A stretch of DNA of 64,000 nucleotides. Origin: Clostridia bacterium (GTDB lineage Bacteria; Bacillota; Clostridia; Christensenellales; CAG-138). This document shows positions 40,474 through 50,152 of this stretch, one piece after another (position 1 is the stretch's first letter; the number at the start of each line of letters is the position of its first letter). The translations under genes were made by a program, and so were the position numbers. The stretch is taken from the NCBI GenBank assembly GCA_036654235.1, contig JAVVSK010000001.1, forward strand, positions 7,758 through 71,757. The letters run 5' to 3'. The notes beneath the pieces were generated by a model that was not told the DNA's origin, did no database searches, and was given only the letters and a program-made list of their open reading frames with translations.

Positions 40474-41252
40474 GTGCGCCCGGCATGGGCAATAACTTGG
40501 TAGTGGAAGTCCACTATGCGCTCGGTAGCAGGAAGGGTTGGACGAAGTCAAGGGTGTCCGCCGTGAGGCGGAATCTAAAGGAAGGCGGATAGAGGGATGA
40601 AAAGTTTCCGATAGGCAAAATTTCGGACTGACGAACAGAAATTGCATATAAGGCTGAATTGGGATGGATGAGTCTGCTAAATTAAGAAGAAATCCAATGC
40701 TGCCCGAATCCCATACAGTAAATGCGGCGGTTAAACGAGAGGAAAAGAGCAAGGCAGTAAGTGTGTATTCAATTCGAAATTTTAAGTTTCTCGGCTTTGC
40801 GTTGGGAAGGAACAAAAGCAGAGCATATATCCGTGTTCACGCTGAGTCGATTAAGAAAGCCAAGCTCAAAAAATTGACTTCCCGCAATCGGGGCAGAAGT
40901 GTGCGCCTTTGTTATGCAGAATGTGTATATGCAGGGATGGCTTGGATACTATGGAATTGCAAGTATGAAAAGCACGATTGAAGATTGGAACGAATAGCTG
41001 CGCCGGAGAATCCGGAAGTATATCCGGAAACAATGGAAGAAGCCAAGAACGCGCGTTGCAAACCTCGTGAAGTTGGGTATGGAGAATGGAAAGCATACCA
41101 TTACGAACAAAAGACTCGTACAAGCCGGATATTTTGACATATCCGTAAAGTACGGGTCTTTTGCATCGCCTTTGTTATTGAACCGCCGTATACCGAACGG
41201 TACGCACGGTAGCGTGAGAGGTCGGCTAATCAACTAATGGTTAGCCTCCTAC
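40474..41252 (+). mobile_element. Group II intron, class C-like, with largely deleted intron-encoded protein ORF
   Basis: It begins GTGCGCCCGGCATGGG one nt after the terminator T-tract. Domain I blocks are CAAGGGTGTCCG, GGAATCTAAAGGAAG and GGATGAGTCTGC. A domain V-like hairpin at 41179-41212 (TGAACCGCCGTATACCGAACGGTACGCACGGTAG) has a CGC triad. A domain VI-like stem ggctaa/ttagcc follows. The 3' end is approximate (+/- 10 nt). Confidence 0.8.
40781..41165 (+). pseudogene. Remnant of the group II intron reverse transcriptase/maturase (thumb/X region only, frameshifted)
   Basis: FKFLGFALGRNKSRAYIRVHAESIKKAKLKKLTSRNRGRSV (frame of ORF 40664..40981), then in another frame LRRRIRKYIRKQWKKPRTRVANLVKLG...NKRLVQAGYFDIS. 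No RT finger/palm motifs (for example YADD) are seen anywhere in the element. Confidence 0.6.
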
Positions 41253-41272
41253 TCAATTTAAGTTTTTTTACA

Positions 41273-42409
41273 CTATTTGGTTATAAATTTTATATTATTT
41301 ACAAGACAATATCCATGTGCATACGAAGATTCGTTGCATTTAACGACGATATCGGGACAGCCCAAAAACGCGTTTTTACCGATATCCGTAACTGAATCGG
41401 GTATATCAATATGCGTGAGTTTAGAGCAATCCTTAAACACGCCCATGCCTATACGGGTAAGCGTATTATGAAGCTGTACATCGCTGAGCGAAGAACATCC
41501 ACGAAACACCGCGTTGTTAAGAGCAGTAGTTGCTTTTGGGATTGTAACGCTTTTTAGAGAAGTACAGCTATAAAAAGCGCTTTGCCCTATGGACGAAATT
41601 CCATCGTGCCATTCTATAGATATTAGCTTATCACAGTCTTTAAAAGCCTGTTCTCCTATAGATGTTACGCTTTTAGGTAGTTTTACGCTCGTGATATCAG
41701 TTCTGTCCGTAAATCCAATCGAAGAAAAGCCATCGGGTATGACGAGATCGGTTCCGTCAAGGTTCTTTGCGTCTTTAGCCGTAAATGCTCCGGAATACTT
41801 TTCTCTTACGGGGATCGGTGCTTGAACTTGCGGCTGTTTTTCGTTCGCGATTTTCTTTATAGCCTCCGCTGTTGCGGCGTCTATATGAGATTTAGGCTCC
41901 AAAAATCCATCGAAATTGACCTGCTTTACGCCTATAGATGCCGCAAAAACAGATTTGTCAAGATTAAAACGCAATATAGTGTTGGTAAGATTCCCATCTT
42001 GTGCTATAAGCAACAAACGCTTTCTCGTTCTCAACGTTATAAACAGCTTTTGAAAAGCAAAGTCCGCAGGACCTTCGGTTATTCCGTCGTCAACCTTAGA
42101 CAAAACTCCGCTGATTCCAAAACGCTCAAGAACAAAAAGCCCCATTGTCGCGTACACTTCACGCACAAGCGTTGTTTCGTCGTCGCCCTTTTGCCTGAGT
42201 TTATTCAGCTCACGCAAAACGCTCGAACAAAGCACTATCTTTTTATTGTGCTTTTTAAGTAACGGCAAGATATTAGCCGCAAATTTCGCAAAGCCCGGCC
42301 ACATTACACTGCTTGTGTCTATGAATATCATGTCGTACTTCGTGACGGCGGCTTCCAAATAAGGTAATTCTTTTTGGCGCTCCGACTCGAAGTAATCGAG
42401 TTTAGTCAT
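41273..42409 (-). CDS. Cytoplasmic protein: N-terminal PIN-like domain plus C-terminal BspA-type leucine-rich repeats
   Basis: I chose the start at ATG 42409 (AGGAGGTG 6 nt upstream) rather than the track's 42601. The protein is 378 aa (379 codons including the stop). Acidic pattern IFIDTSS / VLRELNK / GPADFAF / LIAQDGNL. The C-terminal repeats are ...SIGEQAFKDCDKLISI...SIGQSAFYSCTSLKSV...AVFRGCSSLSDV...GVFKDCSKLTHI...IGKNAFLGC. Confidence 0.7.
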   Translation of the reverse strand: MTKLDYFESERQKELPYLEAAVTKYDMIFIDTSSVMWPGFAKFAANILPLLKKHNKKIVLCSSVLRELNKLRQKGDDETTLVREVYATMGLFVLERFGISGVLSKVDDGITEGPADFAFQKLFITLRTRKRLLLIAQDGNLTNTILRFNLDKSVFAASIGVKQVNFDGFLEPKSHIDAATAEAIKKIANEKQPQVQAPIPVREKYSGAFTAKDAKNLDGTDLVIPDGFSSIGFTDRTDITSVKLPKSVTSIGEQAFKDCDKLISIEWHDGISSIGQSAFYSCTSLKSVTIPKATTALNNAVFRGCSSLSDVQLHNTLTRIGMGVFKDCSKLTHIDIPDSVTDIGKNAFLGCPDIVVKCNESSYAHGYCLVNNIKFITK

Positions 42410-42573
42410 TATTTCACCTCCTAAGTTTATTTGTTCTATTATAACAGATCCGTAAGGATAGTGCAATTTCCAATTAGCTAATGGTTGGTACAAAATAAAA
42501 TAAGATAAAAAATTGCACGTAGTTAGTAATTTGTGAGGAGAAATCGAATATCCATAAGTGAGGTGATAAAAAA

Positions 42574-43257
42574 ATGAACGAAATAAAAAAGCTGGAAGCA
42601 AAATTTATATCTACGGATAATATTAAAACCAAGAAAAAGAGAAACTTTTATCAGGAATCAAAAAAACAAAGCGCGAGAAGCGAAGAGCCGACGCATTCTC
42701 TACTATCATTGAAAATAGGCATATGCGCCGTTATTTGTTTATTGGCTTTACTTCTAAAGCTGGTAGATACTCCGTTTTCGGCGGGGGTATTAAATAGCGT
42801 TAAAACCGCGCTCGATTCAGAGAGCGATTCCGAATATGACGAAACTCTCGGTAAACTTAAATTTGTAGAGCTTCCGGGTTTATTGACGGTTTTTTCCGGA
42901 GGTGATAAGCTCACCGCACCCGTTGATTCGGAAAAGATAGTTCTTGAGGGGGATAACGTACTTAAATTCACAAATGTAGCCGGGGAAAGCGTTGTCGTTT
43001 CGGGAGCGGGAATGGTAAAAACGGTAAGTCAGGATGAAAAATACGGGTCTTTTGTCGTAATAAAACATCAAAACGACCTTGAAACTTACTATTACGGACT
43101 CAAAGACATAACTATTGAAGAAGGGCAACCGGTTCGTAAGCTAGATACAATAGGCATTGTAGACGGCTTTGGATGCCTCTATTTTAAAGTTTTTGATTCA
43201 GGGGTGCCAAAAAATCCGGAAAACTATTTAAAAATAAGTGTCTATAATAATAAATGA
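42574..43257 (+). CDS. SpoIVFA-like membrane protein with degenerate M23/LytM domain
   Basis: 227 aa with one TM helix (ICAVICLLALLL). The C-terminal GAGMVKTVSQDEKYGSFVVIKHQNDLETYYYGL...GQPVRKLDTIGIV is LytM-like without an obvious HxxxD/HxH. It is translationally coupled (ATGA) to the S2P gene. Confidence 0.65.
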   Translation: MNEIKKLEAKFISTDNIKTKKKRNFYQESKKQSARSEEPTHSLLSLKIGICAVICLLALLLKLVDTPFSAGVLNSVKTALDSESDSEYDETLGKLKFVELPGLLTVFSGGDKLTAPVDSEKIVLEGDNVLKFTNVAGESVVVSGAGMVKTVSQDEKYGSFVVIKHQNDLETYYYGLKDITIEEGQPVRKLDTIGIVDGFGCLYFKVFDSGVPKNPENYLKISVYNNK

Positions 43258-44126
43258 GACTTTTTTTTATAGGCAAGGTAAATGTTCAATGCAACCCGCT
43301 GATAATTGTACTCTTCGCTATCTTGGCGGTGCTGGAGCTTTTGGATGCGTTGGTAATTGCGCTTATTTCGCTGACCCTTCATGAACTTTCGCACTGCCTC
43401 ATTGCAAGGCGTCTTGGCTATAAAATTTTAAGCGTAGAACTCCAGCCCTTTGGTTTTGTTGCGCATATAGGTGGCACAATAAAAAGCCTTGGGGATGAAA
43501 TCGCGATATTTTCAAGCGGGATTTTGTTCAGCTTTCTAGCTGGGTGCGTCAGTGCCACGGTCTGTGGCTTTATGAGTGATGCTCCGAAGTTTTTATATGA
43601 ATTTTCACGCTTTAACTTTTTTATAGCGTTTATAAACGCTATGCCGGCGATTCCGCTGGACGGAGGACGCGTTGTAAAATCGCTTCTGCTAAAAAAAATA
43701 CCGGCTAGAACAGCGAATAAAATTCTTTCCGGAGTTTCCCTTTTTATTTCGCTATCGCTAATAGGCAGTGGAATTTTTCTCGCGGTAAAAGGAATTTATA
43801 ATCTGACTTTTTTTACAATGGGTATATTCTTGGCGATCGCTGTTTTAAATGAAAAAAAACATAATATTGGAGCAAAACTTAAAGAAACTGTTATTGCCTC
43901 CTTAAATATCAATTCTAAAGAGGCCATAGAGGTGAACCATATAGCTATGCATAAAAGCGTCCTCGCAAGCGACGCTATACTCGAAATGAAATCATATAAA
44001 TATACTATAGTCGCCGTACTTGACGACTATATGAACTATATAGGTGAAGTAAACGAAGCTGAACTTGTTGTTGGATCGGTAAAAAAAATATCATTATTGG
44101 AAATACTCAATGAACGAACAAATTAG
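43254..44126 (+). CDS. spoIVFB: M50 site-2 metalloprotease, SpoIVFB-like, with C-terminal CBS-like domain
   Basis: 290 aa. HELSHCLIARRLG (HExxH) lies in a TM helix. The second motif is NAMPAIPLDGGRV. There are several TM helices. Confidence 0.8.
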   Translation: MRLFFIGKVNVQCNPLIIVLFAILAVLELLDALVIALISLTLHELSHCLIARRLGYKILSVELQPFGFVAHIGGTIKSLGDEIAIFSSGILFSFLAGCVSATVCGFMSDAPKFLYEFSRFNFFIAFINAMPAIPLDGGRVVKSLLLKKIPARTANKILSGVSLFISLSLIGSGIFLAVKGIYNLTFFTMGIFLAIAVLNEKKHNIGAKLKETVIASLNINSKEAIEVNHIAMHKSVLASDAILEMKSYKYTIVAVLDDYMNYIGEVNEAELVVGSVKKISLLEILNERTN

Positions 44127-44405
44127 ATATTAAATGAACAACCAACACCTCATAACAAAGCGTCCCGGTGACCATGTTGTTTTGCAATATTTTGATTGAT
44201 ATCCAATAAAACATTCCCGTCTACAAATAACATAAATCAATATTATAAATATTTTTATCATTTAAATCAATGGCACTTTTATTATCAGAATATCTAAATT
44301 TTTTTGGAAATCAATCCAACCTATATGCCCATGCTCTGTGCAATATGCGTCGGGGAGACATGAAAGAAAAATGAAATAAAAATGCAAAAACAAAGAAAAC
44401 GGGGC

Positions 44406-44434
44406 TTGTATTTCAATTGCGTATGATGTATAAT
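44406..44434 (+). promoter_or_regulatory. Candidate sigma-A-type promoter for the first dockerin giant gene
   Basis: TTGTAT (44406-44411), 17 nt, TATAAT (44429-44434). This would give a leader of about 220 nt before ATG 44655. Confidence 0.45.
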
Positions 44435-44654
44435 CACAATAAGTTGTGAGGTATACAAATTAACTTCTGTACGCAGGATGCTGAATTTACGAAGCTCATT
44501 TCTTCAACAAAAGTGTGGAAATGTAACAAATATCGTAGATTCGTTTATTTAATCCGTAGGGGGGACAGGGAAATTCCTGTGTTTTCGCGTATTTTTCGTT
44601 GGATTGAGTTTTTTGGATACTTGCGCAAAAAAAAATCAAGGGAGGATCTTCAAT

Positions 44655-47600
44655 ATGAAGAAATTTGTCGCAATGTTCGTGGCTATGCTAATGGTAGTTA
44701 CTATTCTACCGTCCGCTTTTGCTGCCAACAACAAAACGATAGCTCAAAAAGCATCGTCGAATTTTTCGGAGTCTTTAAAGCCCGCTCAGGAATCTGAAAA
44801 AGGTACGGGCTCTATAGAAAAACCCCCGGTTGAATTATCGACCGGAATTGACAATGTTGGTTCGGAAAGAATAGGAACCGTCGTTTCAAACCCCCTCAAA
44901 GTAAAGGGCTCAACGCTCTATGGCTTTGACTGTTATCCGGGTAAAACCTGGATCTCTTTTGACTCTTCGAATCCGGCTAATCCTACGGTTCTTCCTGCCT
45001 CTGATACTCCTTTCTATGCTGCAGAGTATTATGATGGAATGATCTATGCTGTTAAGAACATTAGTGACGGAGTCTATGAGTTTGGTAAAGTTGATCCCGA
45101 AACATATGAGTATACTAAGCTTTGCGATAGCGAATCTACTCAGGGTCTCGCGATGGACTATTCAACCGGTACGATGTACGCTCTTTGCCAGAGCGTAATA
45201 AAGACGGTTGATCTTAATACCGGAGCTTATACGACCGTTGCCCCTATAACAGGAATGACTGAGGGAAACTTCGCTATAACTTTCGCAATATCGACTGCCG
45301 GCATAATGTATGCTATGGAAATCGCTGACGGTGGTTTCTATGAAATCGATAAGGAAACGGGCGTTGGAACTCTAATCGGTTCTACCGGTTTAGCTCCGAA
45401 CTATGCGCAGAGCGCAACGTTCGATCATTCAACACAGACTTTATACTGGGCGGCTTATTCGACGGCCGGTACTTTAGTTACGGTTGATGTTACAACCGGT
45501 ACAGTGACGACGGTCGGTGCTTTCGCCGGCGGTGCTGAAGTAACTTGCCTAATGACGAGAAACGATAACGTTGAGCTACCTGATCCTACCCCCGTATCAG
45601 GTATTGAAGTTAGCCCGACCGAAGCGACGATACCCGAACAGGGTCGTACTTTTAAGCTTACCGCAACTCTGCTTCCTGTCGGCGTTTATATTGAAGATCG
45701 ACTCGTTACTTGGACTTCCAGCAATCCCGACGCTGCAACCGTTAACGATAAGGGTCTTGTAACAAGCGTAAATCCCGGCGTTGCAACGATAACGGCGACG
45801 ACACATGACGGTGGATTTACGGCGACTTCCGTTATTACCGTATTAAGCCTTGCTGAAATGAACGCGAAATTAAGCGAAGCTTTAAACGTTGATGGCGGCG
45901 AACTTGTTTTCCAGAACGACACGGAATATCCTTGGGAACCGGGTTCGGATGGCGACAGATTCTGCGCTCATTCTACGACTACCGGAATGCACGGAACATT
46001 CTCCGCTGTAACTCTTGATCTTGGACCGGTCATCGGCGGTTCAACCCTTACTTGGGATTGGAAAGCAAGCTGCGAAGCCGGATGGGACGGATTAGTATTG
46101 TTTATAAACGGTGTTCAGCTTACCGGCGGTGTTTTTGCTTCCGGCGACGTTCCTTGGACTACTGTAACCTATACGATTCCTCAAAGTATACCTACTTGTG
46201 TTGTACAGTGGGTTTATGTTAAAGATGACGGCGGCTCATCGGGCAGTGATATGGCTTGGCTCGATAACATAAGCTTCGTAGCTGCTGAGCCGGCTCCTGT
46301 AACCGGCGTTGAAATATCGCCTAAAACACAGACGATTCTTACCGCTAACACTTTCCAGATGCTCTATAATATGGTACCGATAAACTCGGATAATGCGAAC
46401 GTAACTTGGGCTTCCAGCAATACCGCTGTTGCGACTATTGACGAAAATGGTATCGTTACGGCTGTTGCTCCGGGCGAAACGACGATTACGGTTACGACCG
46501 AGTCCGGACATTTTACCGATACCGCTGTAATTACGGTTATGGATATGCCTACCCCGATAACTCATAAAGAGTTAACTTATGCTCCTACGGAAGTTGGCGA
46601 TCTTTGCGACTTCGTTCTTGGTCTAGGTACTTCGACTTATATCTTTAAGCCGACGAATATCGGCGAGGTTAGTACCACCGCTACATGGGCGGTTGGTTAT
46701 TCAATTTCAATGCAGGATGGAACAGGCGCTGAGCTTACGATATCCGGCGAAGTCGATACAGTTATGTGGGTATTTGACGAGGACTTCAATGTATTAGCTT
46801 ACAATGATGACTCTGAAACCGGAATGACTAGTTATATTAAATTTATACCTCCGGAAACCGGAACGTATAAGATTTTAATAACCGGTTATGGTGAAGGCGC
46901 AACGGGCGGCGCGAACCTTAACATTACTGATTACGATCCTATTCATGTAACGGGCGTTGAGCTTGACCCCGAAACGATGACTCTTGGTCTTAATAGATAC
47001 GGTTCGTTTAACGCGATAATAGAGCCGGCTAACGCTGATCTTCAGACTTGTGTTTGGACTATCAGCGATCCGACGATTGCTTCTATTAATGCTAAGACGG
47101 GTAGACTTTTCGGCTTAAAGGTTGGTACTGCCGAAATTACCGTTACTACTGATGATGGTGGATTTACTGCGAAGGCTACGCTTAATGTTGCCGTCGTTCC
47201 TAATCCCGAATATGACGATTTGCTTTATGGTTATAACCTCTACGATGATGCTGGACTTAACCCCGGTTTCTTTAAGATGGATCCGGCGGATGGAGCTGCT
47301 CTTGATATAATCAATGCAAATCAACTTAGTATATTTGCTGGCGAATATTACAATGGTTTGCTTTATACCTATTCGCTCTTAGACTTTGGTTTCTTCCAGA
47401 TTCCGTTCTATTATGTAATTGATCCTTTAACATGGGATATACAGGTTCAGGTGGATATGGTACCGAATATCTGTTATGATATGGCCTATGATTATGAAAC
47501 CAATGTTATGTATGGCCTTACGGACGACGTTGAAGGCAATAGAATTCTCGGAACAGTTGATATGACGACCGGAATTATAACTGAACTTGGGCCGGTATTA

Positions 47601-49037
47601 ACTAAAGATGGTGAGTCTCCGATGGTTCTCGCTTGCGATAACGGAGGCAGACTCTTTACCGTAACCGATGCCGGTACTCTCTATAAGATTACTGACAAAG
47701 AAACTCTCGAAGCTGAAGATGTCGGTCATACCGGCTATACGGCAAAATATGTTCAGTCTATGACTTATGACCATGTTGGTCAGGCTCTCTATTGGGCAAA
47801 CATGACTGAAGAGGCTTCCAGCTTCTTGAAGATCGACAAAGAAAACGGTTCTTGCTTAGAAGAAGGCGTTCTTGGTTCAGGATTAACCGAAGTTACCTGC
47901 CTATTCGCTTTTGCGAATCCCGATCAGGTAACCGAAGTTCCTCCAGAGCCGGTTCCTGTTGAAGGTGTTTCTATAATGCCCGAAACTGCGACTCTCGAAG
48001 TTGGTAAAACGATTAAACTTAAGCCGATTTTCGAACCGACTAACGCAACTAATAAGAAGGTTCTCTGGCATTCGACGAGCGACGCTATCGCGACCGTAGA
48101 TGCTAAGGGTAATGTAACAGCTATGGCTCCGGGTTCTTGCTATGTTATAGTAACAACCGTTGAGGGTGGGTTCACAGCGAGGGCGCTTATCTCCGTTAAC
48201 GCTCCTGCTCCCGGCGATCTTCCGGAAGGTCATTGCCGCGTAACACTTGAAGTTCATGACGTATGGGGTGATGGATCTGGTTATCAGATGCTTCTTGACT
48301 CAACGCATAGCACCTATGGATCGACGATTCCCGCTGAAGGACCTCTGACGCAGGAAGGTGACGTACCTCAGGAAATCTATGATCTATTCGATTATAAGAT
48401 TCCGGAAACTGCTGACGGCGCTCTTGCTACTCAGAATATTGTTGTTGACGGTATAGTTTCTATAATAGTTCCAGAGGGTACTTATGACTTCTGCATAACG
48501 AACCCGACTGTTGGTCAGAGGATGTGGATAGCTACAAACGGTCGTGCGGATGATTTCGTTATGACCGCCGGTAACGAATATATCTTTACACTTAGACTTA
48601 ATGGTACAAACGATATGTGCGACTGGACAAATCGTTGGGTTGGCTTCCCTGATCCTACTCTTGAATACTTTACGGTAACTTTCTCAAACTTCGACGATTC
48701 GCTTCTGGCGACTTCGATAGTAAAGAAGGGTGCTGATGCTCTCGCTCCTAATACTCCTATCCGTGCGGGTTATACATTCACCGGTTGGGATAAGACTTTT
48801 ACAAATGTTCAGGCCGATTTAACGGTTAAGGCTGTCTACGAGCGCCTTGAAAACTGGGCTGACGTAAATGGTGACGGAGAAACCAATACAGGCGACGCTG
48901 CAATGATTCTTGCCTATATGGCAGAGCATGTTGAGCTTACTCCTGAACAGTTGGTTATTGCCGATACTAATGGCGATGGCATAGTAAATACTGGCGATGC
49001 GGCGACTATACTTCACGTTATAGCGTTTGGTGAATAA
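44655..49037 (+). CDS. Giant secreted modular protein (propeller-like x2, Big_2 x4, PPC-like, DUF2436-like, InlB-B-type repeat) with C-terminal type-I dockerin
   Basis: I chose the start at ATG 44655 (AAGGGAGG upstream; MKKFVAMFVAMLMVVTILPSAFA signal peptide) rather than 44604. Big_2-like VSGIEVSPTEATIPEQGRTFKLTATLLP...VTWTSSNPDAATVNDKGLVT. PPC-like VFDEDFNVLAYNDDSE...TGTYKILITGYG. WGDGSGYQMLLDS. The dockerin is DVNGDGETNTGDAAMIL...DTNGDGIVNTGDAATIL. Confidence 0.9.
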   Translation: MKKFVAMFVAMLMVVTILPSAFAANNKTIAQKASSNFSESLKPAQESEKGTGSIEKPPVELSTGIDNVGSERIGTVVSNPLKVKGSTLYGFDCYPGKTWISFDSSNPANPTVLPASDTPFYAAEYYDGMIYAVKNISDGVYEFGKVDPETYEYTKLCDSESTQGLAMDYSTGTMYALCQSVIKTVDLNTGAYTTVAPITGMTEGNFAITFAISTAGIMYAMEIADGGFYEIDKETGVGTLIGSTGLAPNYAQSATFDHSTQTLYWAAYSTAGTLVTVDVTTGTVTTVGAFAGGAEVTCLMTRNDNVELPDPTPVSGIEVSPTEATIPEQGRTFKLTATLLPVGVYIEDRLVTWTSSNPDAATVNDKGLVTSVNPGVATITATTHDGGFTATSVITVLSLAEMNAKLSEALNVDGGELVFQNDTEYPWEPGSDGDRFCAHSTTTGMHGTFSAVTLDLGPVIGGSTLTWDWKASCEAGWDGLVLFINGVQLTGGVFASGDVPWTTVTYTIPQSIPTCVVQWVYVKDDGGSSGSDMAWLDNISFVAAEPAPVTGVEISPKTQTILTANTFQMLYNMVPINSDNANVTWASSNTAVATIDENGIVTAVAPGETTITVTTESGHFTDTAVITVMDMPTPITHKELTYAPTEVGDLCDFVLGLGTSTYIFKPTNIGEVSTTATWAVGYSISMQDGTGAELTISGEVDTVMWVFDEDFNVLAYNDDSETGMTSYIKFIPPETGTYKILITGYGEGATGGANLNITDYDPIHVTGVELDPETMTLGLNRYGSFNAIIEPANADLQTCVWTISDPTIASINAKTGRLFGLKVGTAEITVTTDDGGFTAKATLNVAVVPNPEYDDLLYGYNLYDDAGLNPGFFKMDPADGAALDIINANQLSIFAGEYYNGLLYTYSLLDFGFFQIPFYYVIDPLTWDIQVQVDMVPNICYDMAYDYETNVMYGLTDDVEGNRILGTVDMTTGIITELGPVLTKDGESPMVLACDNGGRLFTVTDAGTLYKITDKETLEAEDVGHTGYTAKYVQSMTYDHVGQALYWANMTEEASSFLKIDKENGSCLEEGVLGSGLTEVTCLFAFANPDQVTEVPPEPVPVEGVSIMPETATLEVGKTIKLKPIFEPTNATNKKVLWHSTSDAIATVDAKGNVTAMAPGSCYVIVTTVEGGFTARALISVNAPAPGDLPEGHCRVTLEVHDVWGDGSGYQMLLDSTHSTYGSTIPAEGPLTQEGDVPQEIYDLFDYKIPETADGALATQNIVVDGIVSIIVPEGTYDFCITNPTVGQRMWIATNGRADDFVMTAGNEYIFTLRLNGTNDMCDWTNRWVGFPDPTLEYFTVTFSNFDDSLLATSIVKKGADALAPNTPIRAGYTFTGWDKTFTNVQADLTVKAVYERLENWADVNGDGETNTGDAAMILAYMAEHVELTPEQLVIADTNGDGIVNTGDAATILHVIAFGE

Positions 49038-49133
49038 TCGATAACGCTGATTAAAAAGCATAGTCAGGTTTCCAAAGACTGTTAAAATCAGTTTAGAAAA
49101 CCAAAAAAACAATACTTAATCCCTATAGGATTG

Positions 49134-49166
49134 CCCCCCGTCGAAATCTCGACGGGGGGTTTATTA
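49134..49166 (+). terminator. Intrinsic terminator of the giant gene
   Basis: Stem ccccccgtcga / tcgacgggggg (49134-49159) with loop aatc, followed by TTTATT. Confidence 0.85.
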
Positions 49167-49769
49167 TACGAAATATTGGAAAGTAGTTTATCATAAGAAA
49201 TTTATTGCCCCTTCTTACAATGATTTGTCTTAGTAATTATTTAGTATATTAGCATTTATCGGCAATTATAAAAATAACTTAAAAGCATCCTTAAACTCAT
49301 ATCAAATTTTAAAGGCACGTAAGAACCTGAAAGCGATTCATAAAAATGTAACATATAATGTTTTAACACCCCGATATAACTAAGCTATTACATTTAGTAC
49401 CGGCTTTTAAACTTTGAGAATATAATACTGCCCACACAGCCAAGTTGCTCTGAATTAGGAACTGAAAATCAAGAGCTGTAGCGGCTTTAAAGCTATAATT
49501 GAATTGTAAGATGCCGATATCTAAACTTTGTTTTTGCTATCAGCGATCTTATCGTTGCTTCTGTTGAGCTAAAACGGATAGCATCTTGGGTTGCAATATT
49601 GGCAATAACAAGGTTGTTACTATGGCATTAAAGAACCAGATTATATTGACAATAGAAATGCATAATAATAAAAAACACTTTTTGATGGAATATCTCACCT
49701 ATAATAGACATGAAATAAGTAATACGGTTTAGGCGCTCTTAGGGTCGAATCTACTCGAGGAAAAATGCA

Positions 49770-50075
49770 CATGGGCGGTAATGCGCAAGATAACCGCGTT
49801 GTTAATGCAATCTTTTGGATTCTTCGCACAGGCGCGCCATAGCGCTCCCTAGCACCGGACTACGGGAATTGAAATAACGTTAACCGTGGCTTTTTGCAGA
49901 TGGAGAGACAAAGTCGTATGGGAAGGCATACTTGAAACGGTTGGCGGACAGTCCCAATGATAAATGATCGATGATTGATGCGGTTATCAAGGCACAATCC
50001 GGATGCAACCGGAACTGTTAGCGGAAATCAAGACATGGAGCGCAGAAAAGGAGAGTCAATACCCAAGATGCATTA
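49770..50075 (+). mobile_element. IS5-family (IS427/IS1031-like) transposase remnant inside the eroded paralog
   Basis: NRVVNAIFWILRTGAP*RSLAPDYGN*NNVNRGF...MGRHT matches the conserved ..LNAI.[WY]ILRTGAPWRDLP..YGNW..VY.RF..W...G.WE of these transposases. Later ...GNQDMERRKGESIPKMHY corresponds to ..G.SRGG.STKIH. It has multiple stops and no ends. Confidence 0.6.
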
Positions 50076-50152
50076 TACACCTCATCATTCGTGGCGGCTT
50101 TTTTAACTTAAACTATTGTCGATACTATCTGCAACTCTTGACATTGCTACCG

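Noticed and set aside
40471-41233. Minus-strand ORFs of 85-114 aa across the intron
   Set aside because: They are antisense to a structured RNA element, and they have no RBS or motifs.
44513-44797. 94-aa ORF and the track's 44604 start upstream of the giant gene
   Set aside because: The signal peptide with a strong RBS begins at ATG 44655. The upstream frames have no RBS and lie in the leader.
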